Source of the DNA: Diadema antillarum
Lineage: Eukaryota
Direction: 5' to 3'
Assembly (NCBI RefSeq): GCF_040938485.1
Contig: NW_027271118.1
Coordinates: forward strand, 124,001-188,000
DNA: 64,000 nt
A model generated the notes under the pieces. That model was not told the origin of the DNA and did no database searches. It saw only the letters and a list, made by a program, of their open reading frames with translations. Of the stretch, positions 24,401-37,600 are shown one piece after another. The position numbers were made by a program, and so were the translations under genes. The first letter of the stretch is position 1. Every line of letters begins with the position of its first letter.

Positions 24401-27400
24401 TATACAGCTCCTCGGACGTGAAAAGGTGTGGTCTAAGTCAAGACCTTCATATAAAAACAACCATTTCTCGGGGTAGGCAGATCGAAAGCATCAACGTTGA
24501 TGAAGAGCTATTCGTTGGAGTGATGTACGTGGTTTGTGCTGTCATTGTGTCCTATCCAAACCAGCTCAACTGCATTTGCATGCTAAATAGGGAAAGAGTG
24601 TGATCTTCATATGCGTGAGTGTGTGTTCTTTTGCGCAAATGTCATGTGATGAGTAGTCAACCAGTCGGGTAGCTAGAATTCTTCTGGGCGTTGTATGATA
24701 TACTCTAGGGGTGATCAATGTGTGTGATAAGTAAGATTTACTTTTGTTTATTTCAACTGGGTGATGATGAGATTTGTACGGTATCATTTCAATACTTGAC
24801 CATGGGTTTGCATGCTATTTGTAGGCACTGGCGACAGAGCGTGAGCAGTTAAACCAGCAGAATGTCCAACTCCAACACAAACTTGCTGAGTACTTCCGGA
24901 AGAAGAAGACAGATGACCAGCGACAGGAAATGGACAAGAATGTCACGGACCAGGAGCAAAGATACCTGAAGTATATGTGTAAGTCTTGAGGCTCTTGAAC
25001 ATGAGACCATATCTATAGTATTGCAGTGTACTCATACTGTACAGAAATAGTAGAAAATGTGACCGTAATTTCATGTAAGATTTTCCTACAAGAAGGGGTT
25101 CATAGTGTTTGTCTCTTTTTTTTTTTTTTTTGTCTGTCTGTAGCATGGTACAGTGCACTCCCATTAAAACGAACACATATATAACAAAATTCCGGTTACA
25201 ACGAAGTAGAAATTCAGGCCGCAACATTATCCACATTATGTATTTTTATTGTTTATTTGTTCGATAATAAAAAAATTTCAATATTTATAACGAAAGAAAA
25301 CTGCAGGTCCTGAGGACTTCGTTATAACAGGAGTCCACTAGCTGTAATAAGCATATTATTGATATCTCTCTTTAATTGAAAATAGATGTACCTTGTATAA
25401 ATAGATAAGGTTACATAAACAAAAACTCAAAAAAGTGAGAGAGATGGAGAGAGAAAAGGTTGTGGCCAGTAAAGAGAGAGGAGATATAAATTCATCATTT
25501 GCATTTAAAACAACCTGTTTAGGCAGATGAGATTTCATGCAGTGTAGTGTTTATTCAGTGCACTCTCATAAAAAATGAACACTGTTATTACAAAGCTTTT
25601 GATGCACCAAAGTAGAATTCAGGTTGCAAACTTATTATCTATATATCTTTATACAATTTATTTTTTGGCTTCAACAAAATTTTGATATAATTAAAGAAAA
25701 CTGCTGGTCCCAAGGACTTTGTTATAATGGGAGTCAGCTGTATTCACCTTTGGTTTCACTGTGCATTATTAGACAATTGAGGTTCTCTTGCTTTCTCTCT
25801 TCTGCATCTTACAGCAAACCTGGAAGAGCTGAGGAAGCAGGAAGAGGACGAGAGGGAGCTATCCTTGCTCCACCTACAGGACCTGAAGGACCGCAAGCAG
25901 GAGAAGCAGGACTTTGTCGAGAAGGAGGACGAGCAGTTCTTGGAACTCAAGCGCCAGGTGGCCCTGACGGCCATTAGCAGTCGCACCGGCAAGCCTCTGG
26001 CTCCGAGGGTAAGTACCATTACAATGTGTTTGGCTGATGATGTGTCTGTGACTATTCCCTTTGTTTGTATGCACTAAATCTCATTTGTAAGATCTCCAAA
26101 TTTCTGTTCGATTTTATCTAGTATGATTTAATGGGTGACACGACATTTGCTCCTGCGACAATTGCTCCAGTCTTATTTTCTCCAAGGACTTAGGGTTAGG
26201 GTTGTGATAGGGTTCTAGGTTTAGTTTGATGTGAGGATTGGGGTTAGGGTTAGGGTTATGTTTGTGGTTAGAATTTATGTTTGGCTTAGCGTGCAGATAT
26301 TTCATGGGAGCAAATGTCATGGCACCCATTTAATGTGATCATACTGTCTTTTATTGAAGCTGCCATATGGAATTGCAGTGAAAGTGATGATTAAATATTC
26401 TGTTGATTCTAATGTGGTTTGCATGAAAGCATTCACTAGTTGTGTAAAAGTCCTGACAGTATTTGAGGATTATATGGAAACATTACAATGAGACATAGAG
26501 TTAACTATGTGTTTATATTGGGTACTTCCTCAAAGTTGCAGCGAGTCCGTTATGTTCAAATCTTGTACAGTGTTGTGCATAGTCAGGCTTCCAACTGGAG
26601 CTAAAGTGGATGTTGTGGCCATTGAGTTTGCAATGGCAAGTTTGTAAAGGGAGGTGAAATTATTGCAATGATTGAAGTTCATCACATATGTTTATGTTTT
26701 TCTTTCAAAGTTTTTGATCTCTGACTTTGCAAGTGTATTATCATGAATGTGATGAAGGAGAAGTGAAGAGATTGGAATGCAGCATATTTATGTTTTTAAT
26801 GTGATTTGCAGTGTCCAGTTTTCTTCATCAGTGTTTCCACTATCACCAGGATTTCAAAATTTGTCTTACAATTAGGATTGGCAAAAGAAATGGGAAAACT
26901 GCAGTGATGTGTATTGAACATTCACAGCGAGTGAATAAGTGTTTATTCTTTGGAATATCTTTGTCTCTTTTTTTTTTCTCGTATCAGGATGCGGAGGTTT
27001 ACATTAGCAATGAGACCAAGAATCACCAGGATTTCAAAATTTGTCACTTCGTTAGTTTTGGCAAAAGAAATGGAAAAACAGCAGTGATATACATTGAACA
27101 CTCATAGTGATTAAAAAGTGTTTATTCTTTGAAATATATGATCTTTCTTTCTCTCGTATCAGGATGTGGAGGTGTACATCAGCAATGAGACCAAGAAGGA
27201 AGAGGAGGTGAAACAGGTGCGGCTGGAGAACATCAAGCTGAAGAACCGGCTTAAGAAGCGGGAGCAGCAGCTGAAGGCCAAGGAGGAGCTGGCGGAGGGA
27301 CTCCACCTCATCGACTTTGAGCAGCTCAAGATTGAGAACCAGACATACAATGAAAAGATTGAGGAGAGGAACGAGGTGAGGGGGAAACCAGAGAAGGAAA

Positions 27401-30005
27401 AACATTCCCTCAGCAGTGATTGCTCTTTATGAAGCGTGTATGTCCACCCCCCCCCCCCCAAAAAAAAAAAAAAAAAAATACAACGGGACCCTCCGCAGTA
27501 ATAACTTTAAAAACCGTGAATCAATCTAAATACAATTTCAGGGTATGAAACTATAACTTATTACCCACATCTAACAGGAAACCCCATCTGATTTGCTTCA
27601 GTGGTCAAAGAGAAATGAGGAATTTTGTATAGCATGTCAGGAATCCCTTCCCTCCAAGTTCTGTCCATTGTGTCCACACATTAGTATGTAGTTCCAAGAG
27701 CATCCAAGTGCTAACTTGGAAGAATCAGACCCCTGACATGTTTTACAACAAGCCACATTTCTCTGTAATCTCTTAACCAAATTGAATGGAGTTTTCTGCA
27801 AAATATAGCTAAGATGTTATATTTTTAGACCCTGAAATAGCATTCAGACAGTTTAATCATATTTAAAGTTATCAATGTAAAAATCCCATTGTAATTTTTT
27901 TTGGGACATACTGTATATCAGAAGCCATGTAGATAAGAATCTGGGGTCTCTTTCATGAAGTCATCACACACAAATCTGTACATAAATCTCAGAATAGCCA
28001 GAGTTGCTCATATGTAGCTATGTGAAACTTTCAAAGAGAAGTAAAATCCATTTCATGAAGTCTCTCATAAGTGTGTCTTATGAGCAAAAAGCCTCTCATA
28101 AGACTTTCATGAAACAAACCCCTGGTCATCATCATTTGTGTTGTCGTCATCATGTTTCCCTGTTTTTTCCTCCTTTCTCCTTTTCTTCTTCTTCTTCTTC
28201 TCTTCCTCCCGCTCCTTTTCCTTCTTTTCCTCCTCTTCCTTGTTTTCTTCGTCTCATCCTCCTGCCTCTTCTCCATCTCCTCCAACATCTTCTCTCCATC
28301 CTCCTCCTCCTCCTTCTGCTCCTCTGCCTTGTCCTCCTCCTCCTTCTTGACCATGTTTTTATCTTCTCATCAGTATCCTAGGATCATTAAAACCTCGAAT
28401 GACATAGGGAAAGCGATTTCAGAGAAGGAATAGTTCAATTTGGTCTGCCCATTGCAAAGACCTTGTCTGCCAGATGTTTTGCCTACTTTGGTTGGATGTG
28501 TCATAGCAATAATAGATGTGGTCACACTACGCAAAATTATGCATAGTTTCACTACCCAGAATTTTGCTCTACCAAGTTTGAGCAGTAGTACACTGCAAAC
28601 TTCTCGAGAAGTTACCAGTGAAACTGAACACGAAACTTGCGGCATGCACTGGTAAAGTTTCTCACTTCTCGTGAAACAATAAAGAACAAACATGGCATAT
28701 ACAGGACATAGCTAACACTTCAAATTGTTCTTGATGAATGCACTGCCATTGCTGCTAGAAAGTAGTCTCTGTCAGCATTTTCAGTACTGCTAGAGGAAAG
28801 GAACAAGTCATGTTCATGAATTTTATTACAGTGGGCTCTATGAGTTTGTGAACTTGCTTTGAAGAGGAATGTGTGACCATGTACGTGGACCTACCTATTC
28901 CAGAAAAGAATTACTGTCATTGTAGTAATGGTATTGCAGTAGCTTTAATAGTACTGTAGTATATAGTATTGATGGTTGTCCTATAATTGTAACTCTCAAT
29001 TCAATTGACAGGAGCTGCTAAAACTTAGGAAGAAGATTACCAGCACAGTGCAGGTCCTGACCCATGTCAAGGAAAAGCTGCAGTTTGTGCAGGCTGAGAA
29101 CCAGATCCAGAAGGGCAAGCTGAGAGAGGTGGAGGAGCTAGTGGCACAGGTACCAAACACGGCAAAGTTGTCTGATACACTAAACATTGTGATATACTAA
29201 CACCTCAAACTTACATTGAGTCAAACTTCAAGAGGATATGGTAAATTTCATAAACATGATTTCTGCTTTGTATGTCAGATTAGGGATCAAAGGCATGGAA
29301 GAATCTTGTATGATATGGAATAATGCTTATGGTAAAGTGTTTTGAGAATTGAACTCATGCTTGTGCTAAATGACTGAGGATGCTTCATGAAGCATGTGAA
29401 TGAAACATGCTAATTAAGATGATTGACACTTAATTTTTTCAAAGCTCTTTCTAATAGTTTGCAATATTCAGCAGTTTTAGCTGCTGTTTGTGCAAATATT
29501 GTAGGATCACACGATATACTTTACTCGTGCATCAGCTAAGTAATATGCAGCATGCAGGTAAAGATCCGTAAAGCATTTTCAGAACCAGATATGGAAAGCA
29601 TATTTTAGGATCAAAGTTAGTGTAGTGTTCCTATATGTCATCTGGAAAACTTCCCAGAAGTGGAAATTTCATCTTAAATAAAGCAAATGCTTTACTGCTT
29701 GTCTTTGATAAGCAAATCCCACTGTATTATTTCATTTTGTGTGTGTGTGTACTCCACAGAAACGCGACATCCTCTCACGCACCAAGAAGGCACGGGACAG
29801 CCTGCGCATCGACAATCAGCGGCTGCGCCAGAAGAGCGGCCTCCTTGGCAAAAACTCACTGCTCATGGACTTTGAAGAGAAGAAGGACGAGGGAGACCAG
29901 CTGCGTGCACGAATGGAATACCTAAAGCGCCATCACGCTGAGCTTACCCTCAACCTTGCCGGGGTCAAAAAGAAGATAGATGCAGTCAAAGCGGGTCGGA
30001 GTTGA
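18492..30005 (+). CDS. CCDC96: Coiled-coil domain-containing protein 96 (CFAP184, DUF4201 family), 10 coding exons, about 617 aa
   Basis: Exons 18492-18506, 21817-21943, 22231-22560, 23065-23415, 24192-24277, 24825-24978, 25815-26008, 27163-27375, 29012-29149, 29760-30005 join in phase (1854 nt, no internal stop). A long E/A/G-rich N-terminus is followed by coiled coil with QHKLAEYFRKKK, EGLHLIDFEQLKIENQTYNEKIEERNEELLKLRKK, QVLTHVKEKL and LRQKSGLLG..LLMDFE, which I recognise as CCDC96 motifs. Confidence 0.92.
19617..19752. mobile_element. Small MITE (CCATACTTGCCAAC TIR)
   Basis: Perfect 14-bp TIR, with (G)TGTC duplicated on both flanks. Confidence 0.75.
19757..20266. mobile_element. TA-flanked MITE (TACTGTA...TACAGTA), about 510 bp
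   Basis: TIR tactgtaaacgt / acgtttacagta, TA TSD. Confidence 0.75.
20290..21306 (+). mobile_element. 5'-truncated CR1/L2-group non-LTR retrotransposon (RT C-terminus plus 3' tail), inactivated
   Basis: Translates to PQGTVTGPLYFLLYINDLP...LFADDCIIY...LQRDLD..YLGVDIS..LVRPLLDYCSTVWDP..LEAVQSRAARFV..LGWELL..SFIPRTIIDWNSLP, with a frameshift near 20500-20550 and stops. It ends in a (GAA)n tail with a TAG TSD. Confidence 0.9.
25150..25742. mobile_element. Two adjacent pogo/Tigger-like MITEs in CCDC96 intron 6 (about 25150-25344 and 25556-25742)
   Basis: Both begin (t)acagtgcactc(c/t)cat and end cttYgttataaYRggagtc...gctgta. Confidence 0.6.
26131..26329. mobile_element. MITE with a telomere-like (TTAGGG) core
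   Basis: TIR atgggtgacacgacatttgctcc / ggagcaaatgtcatggcacccat enclosing ttagggttaggg arrays. Confidence 0.65.
26842..27197 (+). repeat. Tandem duplication (about 180 bp) including the CCDC96 exon-8 acceptor
   Basis: The unit atcaccaggatttc...tcgtatcagGATG(C/T)GGAGGT(T/G)TACAT(T/C)AGCAATGAGACCAAGAA starts at 26842 and at 27022. Confidence 0.9.
27438..27916. mobile_element. Tc1/mariner-like MITE
   Basis: Right end ttttttgggacatactgtata; degraded left end gtatgtcc(c)n(a)n. Confidence 0.5.
28130..28365. repeat. CT-rich low-complexity (CTT/CCT) tract in CCDC96 intron 8
   Basis: Degenerate trinucleotide repeats, which account for overlapping spurious ORFs. Confidence 0.8.
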
Positions 30006-31321
30006 AGCAGAAATTTGTGCAAGGCCTGTCGATTGTAGTTTCCTTATCTTCGCCTCCGGACTATTGACATGGGATATTTAGGTCCATTATTGTTTCTGTA
30101 AATATGTCAGAGACTTGAGGGTGCTGCGGTGTGCACATTATTCTTATAACAGACACACGCGGTGCAAGACACTGTTACAGTTTCTCCTCTTTAAAGACTT
30201 TGTGAATGACGTGTCCTATCCAGGACTTTCATGAGCAAGGTTACTGCGATTTATGGACTGCAATAGCAATCATCCATGAGCTATATATAATGAGAAGGAA
30301 TCTTCCGAGCTTGTCTGCAGATGCCACTGGCAATCAGTATGTAGCCTTTTAAGATATCACCTTGTTGCAATGGACACATATTTGAACTGCCTTGTGTTCA
30401 TCAATGTCAGCCTTGCATATTCTACATCTATTTTTACTGCAGTTTTTATACAATGTGTCACTCCCCTGGAATTCAGTTTACATGCTTCCAGTCGCAGACT
30501 TCAAGAACACTGTAATATATGACTGGAAACTTGTGTGATTTGTGTGAGGTGATAGCTTTTCCACTGTTGGAACAGAATTTGCAAATTTCCCCCAACTGTA
30601 TTCCATTCCATTGCCACAGTACTTTCTCAAGTTTTGCAGAAGTGGTAGATCAAGAACATAAGTACTGATTTTCAAACTTTAAGCCATCTATTCCTGTGCA
30701 ATGATATCAACATAATTTAGATCAAGTTTATTTTCCAGAAAACCCTGAAACCTTGCCTGTGCCTGCAGTTTGCATCATTTCTTAAAAGGATGCATGTCAA
30801 GAAAATTCTTCTCTTTAATGGAGTAGGATCGTTTCATGTATAATGCTAAGAACACATGGCACTAATACTGCATTGTATGTGTATACATGAGATGCCAAAT
30901 ATTTTGTGGGCATATTTTTGCGAATCGGGAGTTGTAAGACAATTTTGCAGGTGGTTGAATTCATGAAACAGGAACCTCCTATCAGCAGAACATGGTAAAT
31001 GTTAGGCTAGGCTTGTGTGTGCAGCTGCTGTCTGCCCATGTGAATGTATGAAGTTGTGTATTGTTCTCATGTAAAAGTAGTACAGTACTTGTGTAACCTG
31101 AGGGAAATATTTCCTCACAAGTTCAAAAACACGAAAAATAATACCCCTGCAGAATAGTCAGCATCTAGACATCAAGACTAAAGTATTATTGTATAGGTGT
31201 ATTGTAGAATTGTAGCTCACTATTCACCCCAGGATTATAGGACATGTCATTTTAACTAGAAATGTTCCAAATGTCAGAAGACATACAATTTCACAGGGAT
31301 AATTACATGTATACATGTATG

Positions 31322-31324
<3 letters not shown>

Positions 31325-31364
<40 letters not shown>
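31325..31364. repeat. (TA)n microsatellite
   Basis: Direct observation. Confidence 0.95.
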
Positions 31365-31371
<7 letters not shown>

Positions 31372-33120
31372 ATATTTACTCGTGACGGTTTTCACCATCA
31401 CGTGACGACAAAGAAGGGGTATTGCAACGTAAAGATGCAGAAGGATAAGTTTCTTGAAGGATATGGTTCTTTATTTACATCTAATCATTTACAATATACA
31501 ATGTACATGCAACATACAAAACTACTGACACTAAAAGCTAAACTGGCTTCTAAATTTTGTTCCAACACTGTGCCAATGTTATTACTGTGTTAAGACACAC
31601 TGGGTGTTTGGAGCACTTGATGAAACACTGTAGAGCAATTTAACCGTAGAAAGTGAAAAAAAAATAGAAGGTTGAGTTATTCCATGCAAGAGCTGATTTC
31701 AGACTAAATACTGAAGGAAAACAAGGGTGTTATGTTGCCAAGTCTGCGGAGTTCAGACACATCTGATGTGTGCATATTGCTGTAAATTCCATAGCCTTGT
31801 AAAAATGTATACATGTACAGCACAAATATGTACAGATTTATCTTACAGTACATTAAATACCATGTATTTTGTATCTACACAAACAGTGTTCCATACTTGT
31901 CATCCTACTATTGTACTTCACTTGGGTTACGTGATATGAAGTTAAATTTGTGATTGACCCAACAATTGTGAAGCAAAGAAGAGAAAGAGAGCCAGAGAGA
32001 GAGAGAGGGAGAGAGTTCAAGACATCAAAAAAATAAATAATTGTACATGTAGTCATTACCAGACAGAACTACCACTTCTCATATAAATTTATGTCACTCT
32101 GAAGAAAGTTTTGGGGAATTACTTACGGACTATACATGTACTACAAGGTAATTATGCCAAAGAGCCCGAAGTGTGTGTCCCAATGTCATAACAGGAGTAT
32201 CACATGGCAGATGTCCAGAGCTGAGAATGTGTGGACAAAGTGATTGGGAAGATGCTTCAGGAGAGTAGAGTGTATTTCTGACATAGCCCATGAGCCTACA
32301 ACTTGTACCCTTCCAAGATGACTTGTCAGGTTTGAAGAAAGATGAGACTAAAATCACTTGGCTCAGTATTTCCAGTAACCACAAAGTTTTGAATGATTCT
32401 GCCTAACAATGATTAGCTGATGTATTTCACATCAAGCAGAAATCTAAGAGCATAATCATGTTGTATTTTCTACCTCTTTAGAATAATCATCAACGTACTG
32501 ATGCAAACCTTGTACACAGCACTACAATACTTTGAGGGCTGAAAAGGCATATTTTTGGTGGAAAATAATACAGCTGTATTTTCCATAAAACCTGCTGTAT
32601 TTTTTTTTTTGCAAAAAAAAACACCTGCTGTATTTTTTTTTTCAAAGAAAAAAAATGCAAAAAAGTAACAGTTGGCCTATCTGTCAGCATATCAAACATA
32701 ATTATAATAATCCCATATCATATTCTGCCATATCTTTACAAAATACAATCAGTTTTGTTTTTTCTTGGTTGATTGAATCATGAGACTGGCACATCATTCA
32801 AGGTGTCTCCTTGGCAAATCAGGGAGAAAAGACTTTGAAGTTCAGAGGTCACAATTCTGCTTTAATTTACTGTGAAAGAGTCGATGCTGTCACAATTGGC
32901 TGGACAATTGGCCAAGTACTGTATCACATAAAGTTTGTAAGTTTGCAATGGAGAGAAAAGATCTACAAACACACTGTCAAATATGATTTGTCTACAAATA
33001 AACAGAAAGCTATGGGGATATATTGCCAACACAATGGCCAGGATGTATGAACTATTAAATGATACCCAATCACAGATATGAAAACACCTCATTATATTGA
33101 CATATTACAATCAAAATTAA

Positions 33121-33879
33121 CCCTAACTAGGCCGGGGGGGGGGCCTCCGAGGCCCCCCCTTGACATTTCGCGCGATGTATCGCTAACGCGAAAAGCTATC
33201 GCCGCGACGTTTCATGACTTTTTTCTTTCGAGTCTCTTTTGACACCAAATTTGCGACGCCCGGGTGCGCGGTTCCGAAGTTGCGCATAAATATGTACGTG
33301 CATGTCAGACCAAAAATTGCTCAAAAACGTGAATTCGTGTACAATTTCAATGCAAACTGTGCTTACAGGCAAATTTCATAAAAGTATGATTATTTTGGGG
33401 TTTTATTGATTAAAATCAATTAATAACATATTTTCTTGTTCGTAACAATGTCGCGGACAAGTTTCATCGAAAAAACAATGATAAACATAAAGTAAAAAAA
33501 CAAAAAAATACATAAGAAATTCAAAAAACAATAAAATACTTAGGAAATTTTTTCTGATGGCACAATTTTTTTCTCTTATATTTGCTCAGGACACTAAAAA
33601 GAATATTTACACAAAAGATGTGTCCATTTTGAGCTTTATTTAGTGATTTATACCAAATTGTCTGATTTCATGCGTCATTATGCATAAATTAGCATAATTT
33701 AGCATAAATGATAATCTTTTTTTTAAATTTAACTTCGTAGTACTTTAGATTACATCATAGGCAATGTGTGTGCCAATTTTCGTCGCGATCGCGCGGTCAG
33801 CGGCCGAGATCTGGAGGGGGGGCCTCCCAGGCCCCCCCCCGGCTCTATGATCTACCTAAATAGCCCGGCCTAGTTAGGG
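33121..33879. mobile_element. piggyBac-like non-autonomous element
   Basis: TTAA|CCCTAACTAGGCCGGG...CCCGGCCTAGTTAGGG|TTAA: perfect 16-bp TIR with CCC/GGG ends. Confidence 0.85.
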
Positions 33880-34679
33880 TTAAAACTCTCTATTAGAAAG
33901 CTAATGATTTAATAAATGAAAGCGTTATTCTATCAAAATGTTACTAGTATTGTAAAACACTGGAAAGCATATCCATACAGTTGCTGAACAATATGGGGGA
34001 CCACTATCATTTAAATCATGTAAAAGTTACCCCTCTCTGCTATGGTATGAAAAGCGTATAAGATGCATTTGATGTAGTCACAATAGCTGTGCAGTATAAA
34101 AGTGGAATTGTGTAAAGAAAATGATTTGTATGCTTATGAAGAGCTCTTGTGGGTTGTGGTGCCGAGATATTTTCAAGGCAAAATAGTTCTTGAAGTATGA
34201 ACTTCTCAAAACATGGCTTTTCATCAGGAGCTTTATCAAATATTTCAGACATTCATCAAATGCACAGTGCCTATCTTGGCCTTCACCTCCACACAGAGAA
34301 ACAATCTATAGATAACACCGTGATATATTATGCATTGAGATTTAAATGAAGGATTAAGTTTTGAAAATGAAAAAAAAAATACACATGTACACATCACACA
34401 AGTACAGTTCAATTTTAGGAACAGAAAACTTTTCAGAAAAACAAAAGGTCGACTTGAGTAACAGACGAAATGTACATGTACAAATGAGTGAAAGTTGACT
34501 TTTCCTGGAGACAATGAAGGCTTTTCTAAGAGGAATTTACTTTGGAATTTTCTTTGTAGAAGAACCTTTTCTCCTGAGGTGACGAGTATCAGTTGTACAC
34601 ACTTGTCAAAAATAGACTCTAGCTTTAGCTAGCTCTAGCTGATTTGTTGTGCTACACGAGTGGATCTCCAATCTGTGCG

Positions 34680-37600
34680 TCATGCAAGTAGCTCCATCTG
34701 CTTGCGGACCTCAGCAGCCTGCTGCAGAAACTCTTTGATCTTGAGCTCAACCAGATGTTTCTGTGAAGGCACATAGGGAAGTCACAAGACACAAAACCAA
34801 TCAGTGATACAATGAGCTATGACTTGTCCCATGAGGGGTGGTAGTACTGTACACAAAGAGTCAAATGTTCGTGACTAATAGACTCTGCTTCTCACAAATC
34901 AGAATCTGAATCTGATATGTGATGTGAGACATGTCCTCATCTGCAAGCAGATTTGGGTGACACATGTCTAGGTGTCTGCTTGTCTGAGGAGCAGCGACCA
35001 AAAACTGCAATCAAATCTAATACACTGTATTTTCTTAGAGGATCAAGTTCAAATCCACTACATATTGTATAATTTCTTTCATAATCATGTATCATTTTTT
35101 TTTCATCTTAGTGGGATTCTTCTCATTCTGCTGCCAATTCTTGAAGCCATCAGCAGCCATGCAGACCATATGAGAAAGCACTGTCATTACAATTAGCTTA
35201 GTATTTCACCATTGTTTTAATGTCTTTCATATTGATATCAGACTAAAGTCGTCGTTGCATCACGATCATACTGATAATTTAAGTCTATACAATTGTACAA
35301 TAATTTTGTTTAATACGTGTAGCAGCACTCACAATTGTACACACAATAATATCTCTCAACAGCACTATAAGAAGATGATATGACATTAAAAGCATTTACT
35401 TTTGTAATTCACCATGAGTTTCACAGAAATTTGACACCTGCCATAGGGCTTGCTCATTGAATCCTGCATCATACATTTTGTGGAAATTGGAAATGAATGC
35501 AGGAGGGCTTCTATAATGAAGAGGGAGACTTCACACAGCCAAGACAGTAATACTGTGTAAAATTCTATCATTACTACAGATCACAGATACAATGTACATT
35601 GTATAGATCTTTGAATATAATAACTCATCAACATAGCATCCAATGGGCACCATAAATGTCGCAAAGTCGCCATGCTCGCACAATGCAATGTGTTTTGTTC
35701 ATGACATATCAATATTTTTTTTCTTGAAATCAACATTTTCTTCATGATTTTCCCTTAAATATATTGTGGTTTTGTGGTTATTTATACACTTTAAAAGGCA
35801 TGGAAAATTCCTCCACATGAATTCTATAAGAATTACAGTTCAGCCATTTTGCATAACACAAGAATTACAGTTCAGCTATTTCGCATAACACAATAAATTT
35901 TGTTGGAACAGTGTCAGAATCATGACCAATGCACAGTAGTAGGCAATGAAACGATGCCACATTAGATAATGTCACTCAGATGCCTGTAAACTCACAAGTC
36001 ATTTTGTAAGATGCTCCCATATCAAATGACAATCTCTCAAGTGTTGCCTTTAAGACATACTTGTATATATTTCAAAAGTATCTAAAGATAGTTTAAGGAT
36101 ACCTAAGGCTTGGCTAAATGCTTCCACAGGAAGGCACTTACCACTCGTGTCTGCTGGCGTACTTGCATACTCTTTAGGAAGTCCATCACAGTACGTTCAC
36201 TCTCTGGCTTCCAGTTCTGCAGAAAGGGGCATTTGGGTGCATGCTTCTTGTGCTCACTCCTACATGTAAGTAAACAACAACAACAACAACAAACTATAAA
36301 GAAAATCAAAGGTGGGATAAGTAGACACTGTACTTGGCTAGAAAATTCACAATTTTCTAATTACACAATACGTGTAGCTCCCAAAATTATTGGTTTCTGA
36401 AAGTAAATTTTTGCAAGATGATGTGAAAACTGTCATTTCTTGTGTGTGGACACAAGTTTCACGATGCAAAATTGATGCAGCTTCATACTTGTATTTTTAA
36501 CTCTTGTGATAATTTGCCCAACACTGTGTGTGTGAACAACATGCGAAGAGATTTATTTTTTTCTTTTTTTTCCCACAATGCAACTCCCCACACCAGGTTA
36601 CACTCACACACTAAAAAAATAAATGTGAAAATGTTCAATAACGGCTGTCTTCATTGAGAGCCTATATTCTGTGTTTTTGGTGATTATTTCATGACATGGA
36701 ATGTTTGCCATATAAATGTTGAATCTTGAATGATCAGTTACAATAAAAGGAACACGTGATGGCCTATGATATTTCTACTGTATAACCATTGTATATAAAC
36801 ATGTACATACTGTATACGCTATAATTTTCGCGTACATAAATTTTCGCGAATTGCCGCTGTCACACATTTTCGCGAGTGGTTAAATTCGCGATTGGGGGAC
36901 CAGAGAAAATATGGAAGTGGCAAAGAAAGTGTGAATTTTCAACTTACTAGCAAATAAGAATGATACTAGTTATACACTGCATGAAAAAGACTTGCCAAAC
37001 TCTGCGAACTAGTAAGTTAGAATTCAACATTTTTGAAGTGGTTAAGTCCATGCATCGCGCTAGATTTCTGACGAGTGGTCCCCTTGCGATAATGGATTGG
37101 CTCTCTACAGTATTCGTAAGTAGACGTGGACGTGCGTAAACAAGATTAGCCAGTATGGTCTGTTCGGTAAGCCGTGACATGGTATACTAGTACTGAAATG
37201 TTCGTATCATCAAGGCAAGGGATTCATTTTGGAAGGTAACATTTTCGCGAGTTGTTAATTTCGCGAATAGCTCCCGACTCTCGAAATTCGCGAAAATAAA
37301 ACCCCCGCGAAATATATAGCGTATACAGTAGTTTTGAATTCCTCATTTTGGTTGTTCCTATACCAATTATTTAAATCACTTCATATAAATTACAAAACTA
37401 AAAAAAAAAAAAAATCTTTAGCAATGAAAATAAGTAGAAACCATGATTTTGATTCACGGCAATTTCCATTTTCATTCCTGAGCAACAGACATCATATTGT
37501 GGGAGCCTTTTTCCCAGTGCATGACTTATTTACCATGGGTCATCCATTGGTTCCCATCCATCCAGCTCCTTCAGACACATGAAGCACTTGACTGCATCTG

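Noticed and set aside
28031-28693. E/K/R-rich antisense ORF and a LVGCVIAIIDV segment faintly like ASCH domains
   Set aside because: The first is a CT microsatellite translation; the second is short, flanked by stops and lacks splice support.
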